A stretch of DNA of 64,000 bases from Octopus sinensis. Lineage: Eukaryota. The notes under the pieces are model-generated. The model saw only the letters and a list, made by a program, of their open reading frames with translations, was not told where the DNA came from and did no database searches. Numbering within the stretch: the first letter of the stretch is position 1; each line of letters starts with the position of its first letter. The position numbers were made by a program, and so were the translations under genes. Where the stretch lies: contig NC_043012.1 in the NCBI RefSeq assembly GCF_006345805.1, forward strand, positions 49,910,001 through 49,974,000, written 5' to 3'. Below are positions 53,816 through 64,000 of the stretch, piece after piece.

Positions 53816-54553
53816 ATTCTTTACATGACTGCAATACGAAACTAAGACCTAACAAGAGAAACCTTTTAAAATTAAGTAATTATTTCACAGATGAAAAAAG
53901 TGTGACAATAGTGAAAAAAGGTCTAATTTTATTACTTTTAAATAAAATACAACACGCTATAAAAACAACAATACACATACATACATACACACACACACAC
54001 ATATATATATATATGCGCACAAACACACTACATATACACATAAATACACTTTATCTCCTGATGTACAGAGTAAAGTAATTAGTGTATGAAAGACATGATC
54101 TTAGAAATAAACTCATAATTTATATAAACATACACAGAAAATCAATACAGAAATATAATTTTACCATTTTTCATCAATTTTTTTTTGTCACTCTTTCGTA
54201 TGGGTAGCCTCCAGTTTCTTTCCTTGTGTGTATATACTGAATTACTACATTTAGGACCTTTTCATGAAGCGATGGTCATGCATGTATATGTGTGTGTTCG
54301 TGAGTGCATGTATGCGTGTGTGTGCATGTGAACGTGTACGAATGAGGGAGAGAGAGAGATTCTGTGTGTGTGTGTGTGTGTGTATGAATGTATGTGTGTA
54401 TGTGTGTTTGCCTCTTTAAAATTAAGCCTGTCCAATGATATTGTGTAGACGTTTAACATATGCACAATTCCTTGTCTTCAATTCCTTGTGTACTTGTTTA
54501 TTATTGTGACTGATTTCGGTTGTAATTTTTGTAGTTTCGTGTTGTATATACAA

Positions 54554-54841
54554 CTAGCAGTATCGCCCGGCGTTGCTCGTGTTTGTAAGGGAAATAACTA
54601 TATAAACATTTTTAGAGAGTTACTTCCCTTATATAATAGCAAAAAAATGCATTAAAAATGAAAAAAAATTATGGTAAATTTTTTTTTAAATCGTAGACGC
54701 GCGCTAATACCCAGAAGGGCTCGATATAAAACACGACTATACGATACCCGATTTTGGTTAAACTGCGCCGCAAAATGTGGGAGTAGTTAGGAATCTAAAT
54801 CGTAGGAGACAGACACACAACTTCACTTTTATATATAAAGA
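54554..54841 (-). mobile_element. Non-autonomous Helitron, deletion variant of 21346-21739
   Basis: A|TC...hairpin...CTAG|T on the minus strand. Collinear with 21346-21739 but lacks about 100 bp between two tctctaaaaat repeats. Confidence 0.9.
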
Positions 54842-55469
54842 TAATGGAGAAATATACGTCGGACCGAATTATTACTTGACAAAATTTAAGGCGAATTCTG
54901 TGATGCTCACATTTTACTAGCTGACTTCATATGCTGATATTTAGTATCCTGTACTACGGCCATGCTGGGGCACCACCTTGAAGAATGTTTTAGTTGAAGG
55001 AATCGATCTCAGTGCTTATTTGTTTTTTAAAGCCTGGTATTTATTTTATCGTTTTTCTTTTGCCGAACCACTAAGTCACGGAGACATAAAAACACCAATA
55101 GCGGTTGTCAAGTGGTAGTAGGGGAAAACACAGACATGAAGACACACACACATATACACACCCATGTATATGCATACATGCATACATTAATACACACACA
55201 CACACATACACATAAATATTTCCTGAAGACAAACATATAAAGAATATCATGTTATACATATATATGTATGTATATATATATATATATTATATATATATAT
55301 ATTATATATATATGTATGTATATATGTATATATATGTATGTATGTATGTATGTATATAGGTAAAAAGTAAGGTATTACCCCAAAGCGATTACCAGTTTGC
55401 TCTCAGTTAGTTATTCAAAATATATTATCGAACCGTTGACACATAATTCCAATAAAGTTCTTATAAAAT

Positions 55470-57290
55470 AAGAAATTAGATGAACAAGTCTTATAAGTTA
55501 TTTTGGTAAAGAAAGACCCAACTCTGAAAACAGAGACGAAATTGTCACAGATCTTGATCAAGAATTATGATTACTTTACACCAATGAAGTATAGACAACT
55601 GATTCAACACTACAGTAAACTACCACACGTGTAAGCTCTCCTTAATATTCACAAGAATGGTATTCCATTAAGACATTAAGCTGTAGAGGTTCAGCATGCC
55701 ATCCACTGACCCGCTTTCTTGCGGAAAGTCAACATCATACGTGAAGAATTCCACCCACTTCACAGAATTGATCATGGATATCCCCATTGAATCCAACCAG
55801 ATTGTGAGTCTAGATCTGATAAGTCTGTTCACCAAAGTCCCAACTAGTGAAGCACTATTGGTGATTCAAGAAAAACTAGTGACAAAAATCCATCTAAAAG
55901 AACGCACTAGTATACCAATAAGAAATTTGATGGAAATGTTGACCTTCTTTGTAGAAACTACCTATTTCAGCATGGACACTGATATATATCGAGTGTATAT
56001 ATATATATTTCAAGAAGAGTGTTTAGCTCTGGATTCACCATTATCACCGAAAATAGCCAATATATACATAGAATACTTAGGGGATTAGACTTTAGGATCA
56101 ATACCACTAAAACAAACGCTATGGCTGCGATATGTTGATGACACCTTTATTCCCTGGCCCCACCAGGATGATGTCCAAGTGCTGTTAGATCATGTAAACT
56201 CAATAAAGCCATCCATACAGTTCACAATGGAAAAGATAAAAGAAAATCATCTAGCATTCCTATACCGCAAGCCGACCTTCACTGGACGATACCTTAACTT
56301 CAATTCCCAACATCCATACAGTGTAAAGAGAGAAATTGCTCAGTGCCTAAAACATCGAGCAAAGAATATAAGTAGCGATCGTGATACCCACCACGAAGAA
56401 ATGATCAAGCTCACTAACAATATATTAAGCAACAACTACCCTAAAAGCATACTATCTACTTCAATTATGAAGAGAAGAAAGCATGAAACCAATAAACTGT
56501 CTACAGTCTGTTTTCCCTATGGGAAAGGCTTCTCCGAAAATATACAAAAGATATGCGGCCCATAATGCATCAGGGCAGTATTCAAGAGTAATACAACACT
56601 TCGCAAATATCTCCTTCAGTTAAAACAGCCAATAGAAGAGGATATGACCAAGAACTGCGTGTACTCCATCCCATGCAGCTGTGGTAGGTTACACAAAGGC
56701 GAAACATGCCACCCCCTCAAAATAAGGGTAGACAAACATCACAAAGCCGTGACACGGGGAGGTATTGATGAATCTGTTATAGCTGATCATGTATGGAAAA
56801 TGGAGACCACCTTCCCCTGCAGTTTACTCAAAAAAGGAAGAGGCATACTGTTATTGTAGTTATAAATGCTGAGCATAGCGGTTTAGAAATATATCGAAGT
56901 TTAAAATTTGCCAGGTCTTTCCCCTTCAAAATTTGTAAGGAGCTAGAGACTGAAGATGGAAATGTATCACCAGTATCACAGCATAATAAGCATTGTAATA
57001 GTTCTGAAATTATCAGAACACCTGTATTTATGCAGTAAGTCTAACAGACCATTGATTACAATCACAGAAATCCATGAGTCCAATTGCAAAAGAACTCTAT
57101 TTGTCAAAAGGAACAGTCAGAATTGTTGTCCATGAAGACATCAGATATAAGTCTTATATAATGAGGGAAGGTCAATTTGCCAGAAAAGGCAAAAGATAAT
57201 CACTACATCTGATTTAAAAGGTTCTTAAACAAACTGAAATATCCATCTGAAGAAGAGTTAATTTGTTTTTTCTCAAACGAGAAGATCAAA
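55470..57290 (+). mobile_element. Penelope/Poseidon-type PLE relic: RT, GIY-YIG and tail with degenerate HHRs
   Basis: IHKNGIPLR, YVKNSTHF, VSLDLISLFTKVP, LALDSPLSPKIANIYIE, WLRYVDDTF, SIQFTME, YRKPTFTGRYLNFNSQHP and CVYSIPCSCGRLHKGETCHPLKIRVDKH. Several frameshifts. CUGAAGA-containing remnants near 56958 and 57247. Confidence 0.95.
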
Positions 57291-57311
57291 AAGTATATAT
57301 ATATATATATG

Positions 57312-57351
<40 letters not shown>

Positions 57352-57888
57352 TATATATTTGTGTGTGTGTGTGTGTGTGTATGTATATATGTATACAGGA
57401 AAAGTATTAAGATCTCCGGGTTTCAGAAATTCGTGACACAAGAAGAAAATTCTCTATTAATTTCTATAACAACATAACTTACATGTCCATATAACATGTA
57501 AATCTTAGTAATTCGTATTAGCAAATGAAATTCTTGTAATAGAGATTGAAGAATCCCAAAATAGTTCCATTTTCCTATTTTGTTATTCAACAATTCTGCA
57601 AATATTTTCCTAATTCTCATTCAATATGATTTGATTTGCATATACCATTAGCAACGATTACGTATTGATTATTATAATGGTATAAACAGATGTGCTTCAA
57701 GAGAATAAGCAGTTGAGATTTACCCCAAATGCCTATATAAATTTTAGTTGGTGTGTGGTAAGAAGCTTCTTTCCTAACAACATGGTCCCGGTTTCAGTCC
57801 CTCTGCGTGGTTATTTGGGCAAGTATCTTCGGGCTGGGCCAAAGGTTTGTGAGTGGATTTGGTAGGCGGCAACTCAATAAAGACCGTC

Positions 57889-57934
<46 letters not shown>

Positions 57935-57935
<1 letters not shown>

Positions 57936-59345
57936 GTAATATTAGGGAATAAATCCAAACTTACAGGAAAAATTAGATTAAGGATTAAATCCAATTTTAT
58001 AGTATAAATATATGATAATATATTATATTAAATTAGAGATAAAACCACTATTAGGCAAATCAAACAGTGAAAAACATAAGCCAATACATAAAATTAATTT
58101 AAAAATATAAAAGTTAAAAATAAAAAATTATTTAAATAATTTAAACTTATTAATTTTATATATATTTACAAATATATATATGTATGTATGTATATTTTTA
58201 TATTTATATATTATTTTAATAATTAATTAATTAATTTTTTTATTCATTTTTTAATTTATTTTTATTATTTTTTTTTAAATATCAAAAGTATTAAAAGTTT
58301 AAGAAAAGATAAAGAGTAAAACACTACGATCGTTTCATAGCTGTACCAATTCGAATAAAAATATTTTAAATTCAATTAATAATTCGAGTTATGGTTACAG
58401 TCAATTTTCAGATTAATTGAAATATTTTAAAAATAATCAGAAATATTTAAACAATATTTTTAAGATATAAATAATATAATAATTTTACATATAATAAACT
58501 CTATTATCAAACTAGAAACTTAAAACTTAACAATTATGAGTATATCAAAATCGATTATAATGTTAAATATTAATTTTAATTCATAAGGTCAGAAACCCAC
58601 CAATAATCTAATATCGGTAATAGTCTATATCTAATTACATAAATATTAAAATAAAAATGACTACTATATATAAATTATCAATGAAAATATATAAATGTAT
58701 ATAAATATTATAATTAAGATCTAAAATAATCTCTATAAATAAATATATATGCACATATAATAAAGACCTAATAAATTAATTTTTCATATTTAAAGATGAA
58801 ATAGCTAATTTCAAAAATACAAACAAACAAACTTAAACGAACTTTCGGAAATCTTATTTAAAATACTTATAGAAATAATCAATTCGTAGTTATATAGTAT
58901 CGAATAAATACTATAATTACTATAAATATAATTATCAATGGGAATAACAAGCGAATATCAATTTAAAAAGACAATAACTAAGTTATGCTATTAAGTTAGA
59001 CATGGCCTGGACCAATCTTTAGTCGAAACATATCTAAGTTTATCAAAGTTTATCTAATTTTAATCATAAGAAATTTAAAACTACAATTAATACTATTAAT
59101 ACATGTATATACAAAAGCCTAACTTTAGGCACCTCGTATACTCGCTATCAAACAACAACTCTTTCGCTAAGTAATATCTTACGAATAAACTTAAATTTAA
59201 TATTTAATAATATAGAAAATTACGATAATTAGATCATTACATAAACAACGATATTTTCATAAGGAAAATATTATTACACCAAAGTCTTATAAAATATTAA
59301 AATTTACAATTTAAAGATTTTAAATATAAATAAATACTTATCTTA
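57935..59345. repeat. Extremely AT-rich 1.4-kb island between TA tracts, probable PLE-derived interspersed repeat
   Basis: Sharp boundaries at TA tracts and an HHR-like remnant at 58326-58411 (minus). No convincing ORF. Confidence 0.4.
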
Positions 59346-59575
59346 GCGAGGTTTTACACGCAGTTATATTTATATATATATAATGCACACACATTTATGT
59401 GTGTGTGTGAGTTCGAAACGTCGATGTGTTGGAAGGCGTTTAACTTCAAGCAAACCTTAGTAAAATATATCAGAGAAAAAAACATTTTCAGGAACAGTAA
59501 TGGTTTATTGGTTTATTGAGGTGGAAGGATGTGGACGTTGTCCTTATCTAAGTATGTTAAGCTGAAAGAAATCAT

Positions 59576-59613
<38 letters not shown>

Positions 59614-59615
59614 GT

Positions 59616-59709
<94 letters not shown>

Positions 59710-59714
59710 CGTAT

Positions 59715-60408
59715 ATATAGGGAGAATTCACGAAAGAAACAACAAATCCAAGACAGGTGGTGTAGAAAACAAACAGAAGTATTAGTATAACGCTCGGGAA
59801 TTGAAAAGGTCTTTAACGTTTCGAGTCTACGCTCTTCCAAAGAAAGGTATGCAGAAAGAAACAAGGATAGAATCAAGGAGAGAAAAATATGTGTGTAGTG
59901 ACAACCGATCTATCATGGCGAATGCCGGACAGAAGGGTCACACATGGGAGCTAAGAAATAGGGGAGATAACAAAGTAGCAGTAATCACAAAACGAAGGTG
60001 CGCGTGTGTGTATGAGAGTACGTATGTGCGTGTGAAATAATGCTGGTTATCTTGACGTGTGCGTGTGCGTGTGTGTATGTGTCGGTGTGAAAATGTGGAG
60101 ATGGGAATTGATCAGTGATGGTGTGTGCGTGGGGTGTGTTGTGATGTGATGTGTTGTGTGATATGATGTAGTGTGATGTGGTGTGATGTTGATTGGAGGT
60201 GAGGAAGGCGAGAGTGGGGAAATCACGGGTTGGGTGTGGGTTAGGTTGAAGGTTGGGGTAGCGTTGGGGTATGTGGGTAGGCAATGGTTGGTGGTAGAGG
60301 TGAGGTTTGTGGGAAGGCAGAGGGTGGGGGTAGAGGTGGGTTATGTGGGAGAGGGTGTAAGGGATGGGATGGGGTGGAATGTGAAGGATAGGAAAGGTAT
60401 ATAGAATG

Positions 60409-60410
<2 letters not shown>
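59715..60410 (-). mobile_element. PLE-type repeat family E (reverse-strand homologue of 41715-42490)
   Basis: Same segments in reverse order, including gaagagcgtagactcgaaacgttaaagac. Confidence 0.65.
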
Positions 60411-60446
<36 letters not shown>

Positions 60447-60471
60447 ATATAATGATAAATCTCAGAGCGAG

Positions 60472-60519
<48 letters not shown>

Positions 60520-63054
60520 CATCCTCAAATACGTATATATATGAGATTACATATGTTCAACAATATATTCAACCATCCGTCCGTCCATCCACCCACATAT
60601 TCATATATATATGTTTACTCAAGTATGTATAGTATGTATATATGTATGTGTACGCTACTCTACATTCAGAATTGTATCATTTCTTAGTTAATGTTGTAAC
60701 TTTCTCTTAATTATGGGCGATATTCTTGAACACTAAATTAATATGCGAATTCATATATATTTCTTTTTCAAGGTGGTGCTTATCATTTTGCCGTTTTCAA
60801 GACTTTTCTACCGATTATTTACCGGAATTTCCACACCTTTCTTGTCATTGAATTACAATACATTTTCTTCAGTTCCACAAATATTTTAAAGGACCGGTCT
60901 TTCATCTGCAACTTGGGATTGCGTATGGAATGAGATTTAATCGCAGTTTTCTTCTACACCTGCTATAAGCTGGTTGGTGTTCTTGTAGCTAACTCCTACA
61001 GTCTTATTCTGTTTTGAGAAATGACATTTCAGCAGAGATATAAAATATTTATCCTTGACCATCTTCTATGTTTAGATCTTTCTAGGGTTGCATTATACAA
61101 CGTCTCCTACATTATTAAGGACCACTATCAAGGGCCAGTTCCTCCACCAGGAGGCATTCATTCCAATCATCAAACTAAAAATAAACACAGTGACTCCGAT
61201 CACAAGTTTGGGGAATAAAACTTTAACTCCTTGTCTCAACGATATGTGCAGAGATCCTCTCAGCTTAAATTGGTTGGTTACTTGGCTCAACAGGATCACT
61301 CCTTATTTTCTATTTGGTGTAATTAATATATTTATGAATATTGCTATTAAACGTCTCCAGTGGCATCGCAATCACAGAAATGGTATAACGCCAAATTATT
61401 TCGCCGAATTTGCTTTAAATCCCTAGTGGCGCATCATGGGATTGCTTTAATTGGCCGTATCCACAATTTGCATTGATGTCATGCCAGCAATTAAATTCGA
61501 TATAATTGTAAATTTCATTTGAATAACAAATTTCATCACAGCATTTATGCATAAGGTATTCTCTTTGCTTTGGTCGATTCTCATGAATAATGTTTTAAAA
61601 TTAGTAACTAATGGAATAATGTCTTAAAATTAGTAACTAATGTATAATGGTAGCTAATGTGTATAAACCAGCGAGTCAATAATGTCATAGCGAAATCTTT
61701 GTCTCCATTAACGTATTTAAGGACAAATACATCTATAATCTCATATGAATTATCTATATGAGATTTGCTGCTGTGAATAAGTTAATAACTATATCATTTC
61801 CCACTAAAGTGGCAAACCGTAACATAAGTATTCTGCTGCCAAATATTGGTATGTTGATTAAGGTCTAAACCATCAAGTAATGTATATGTGTACAAGAAAT
61901 AAATTCTTTTAAAACATGTCAAATATTTCAAAATAAATGTCAATAAAATTGAAATATAAAATGCTTGTTATAATTCAGTTTTGTCATCTCACCCGTTATT
62001 TGCATTCGTTCAGTACCTCTCATATTTCATTCTTAATTTCATTCAGATTCTAGATTTTCGCTCTTTCTATATCGCCAGTTACTAACATAATTCCTGTTCG
62101 AGATGGATGTACTGTATAACGCCGTCCTTATGAGTACTGGAACTCATAACAGACAAATCTGAGTATCCTCACTGTAATATCTATTACAGTTTAAGCAGTC
62201 ATTTTCGATAAATTAGTAGCCTTGTCATGCTTCTCTGCGTTAACTGTTGTTGTTATTTAGTCTCAAGTGAAATTGTTATGAAGCAGACAACAATCATAAG
62301 TATACTAATAAGTGTGCCCTGTCTCTTTCGTGTTGGACTGCGTTAGATAATATATTCCAACACACATATAAGCAGCAGGGTACGAATTCGATTGAGATTT
62401 TGCGACTGATTTTATTATATTGGATCCCTTATACATAGACATCCTCGTTGTCTCAGTATTGTTCTTATCAGCTCTGTTAGATTATATGGCTACTAATTCT
62501 AGAATAATTGCTACTCCTTCCTGAAATCTGCCCGATAAAGTATAATCTTTATAATTTCCTTATCTTTGAACGATTCGAGGAATCATACAAAGAGTGTCAC
62601 TATACGCATCGTAGGTACGTACGACAGTCTCTATTTGCTTAGGTATTCTGATAACTCCAATAACAGCCATGAAAAAGCAGGAGAATTAATAGAAACAACA
62701 CAGCGATCAACGATAATATTAAAAACATTAACACAAAAATAAACAAAACCATTCATGATTAAAATAACAATAACAAAATTATGAACGACAACATCAAGTG
62801 GAATATGAAAAGTATCAAATGAACGTCATGTACATTTATTTGAAAGTGACGAACTTTTTGTTTTAGCAATATGTAACTGAGCAGAGATCTACTTAGAGGA
62901 TAAGGGCCAGAGATTTTTTTTAAAGCTAGAGATTTCTAATGAAAATCGCCATAAATGATAGAAAGGACAACACCAAAAAGTTACTATTACAACAATAAGA
63001 AAGTGACGGCAAGTACGCAGCTAAAAGTTATAGAAGATAGAATATAATAATGGG

Positions 63055-64000
63055 ATGCAGGAGTGGTCGTATGGTAAGTATCTCGCTTACTCTGTCTTAG
63101 AGTGGGAAATTAACCCGCCTAAGCAGTGGTTAAAAGATATGGAGGAGAAGATGATGGTACATAGAACGTATTCTAAAGTTCTTAATTCTATCACCGTCTT
63201 CCTAAAACGAGTCATAAAAAATGAACTGAAAGAACATTTGTCCTCTGTAAAATATATATCCCGTGGTGTCAAATATGCAACCATATGGTTGCTGTTTGAC
63301 AACGAGGAAAAGGCTCGCCAGTTTGCGAGTCAGCCTTTAGAAGGCAAGGAAATTATGTTCCTCCCGTCATATTATGGAAGAAAATTAATACAAGCCTGGG
63401 TATGTGGGCTCTCCCCGGGAACCGAAGCGGATTGGATTGAAGATACCATCCGTCGGGGACTGGGGATGGCGGGCCCAGGCTCTTAAATGTAAGAGTATTG
63501 CCAGCGGTCGATTGGGAAGGGTCAAAAGCGATTTTGACCCTGTCGACGCCATCGGCCGCAATAGGACTGGTTTTTCTAGATTTCTTGAAAACAGCTGGCT
63601 GCAGGTATCCGGTGATACTTGAGGGACGTCCCCCAAAGTGTCACTCGTGCCTGCAGCCAGGCCACATTAAAAGGAACTGCCCCCAGGACCATGGTAAGGT
63701 CCTGGAACAGTCACTAGATGCCACCTCCCCTACCCAGTCAAAGGGAGAGGTGGATGTGGTCGAGGAGGCTTCAGCCTCCTCAACTTAAGACGGATTAAAA
63801 AGGAAGAAGGCGGGCAACAATAAGGCTTCGGAAAGCGGAGGAGAGTCTCCGGACAAAGCGGAAGAACTCCACTCTCCCGAAGCCAGGAAGAAAAGAAAAA
63901 AAGAAGGAAGAAGAACGGGTTATCTCAGCGGGGAGATGATGTGCCGACTGCATGTCCCGAAGTTGTGCCATCCACGGTGGAAGAATCCACCCCCACCCTT
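63055..64000 (+). pseudogene. Tx1/L1-like LINE ORF1 (RRM-like region and CCHC knuckle), frameshifted, runs off the window
   Basis: VKYISRGVKYATIWLLFDNEEKARQF...LPSYYGRK...VCGLSP (RRM-like). A frameshift near 63460 leads into LLNVRVLPAVDWEG...YPVILEGRPPKCHSCLQPGHIKRNCP (knuckle 63639-63680). Premature TAA at 63786-63788, then a Lys/Glu-rich tail. Confidence 0.85.

Overview
AT-rich eukaryotic DNA saturated with microsatellites and transposon relics. The SINE families and repeat landscape look like an octopus (cephalopod) genome, which is my recollection and not a database result. I cannot support any intact host gene, rRNA, true tRNA gene or CRISPR array, and most listed ORFs are read-throughs of (TA)n, (TG)n or (ATT)n tracts. 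Recognisable content: Penelope-like element (PLE) RT and GIY-YIG relics, R4/Dong-type LINE pieces beside (TAA)n tracts, two Tx1/L1-like ORF1 relics with CCHC knuckles, two mariner derivatives, three non-autonomous Helitrons, MITE-like foldbacks and about 20 tRNA-derived SINE copies. The most interesting signal is a set of minimal type I hammerhead ribozyme (HHR) motifs with palindromic stem III: five with an intact CUGANGA/GAAA core and several degenerate. Two ORF-less HHR elements (19406-20464, nearly mutation-free, and 8020-8478) are built from two oppositely oriented, circularly permuted arms of one monomer (563 nt and about 358 nt). That architecture suggests a retrozyme-like or non-autonomous PLE family copied from a tandem or circular RNA. 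Most coordinates of decayed elements are approximate, read by eye.
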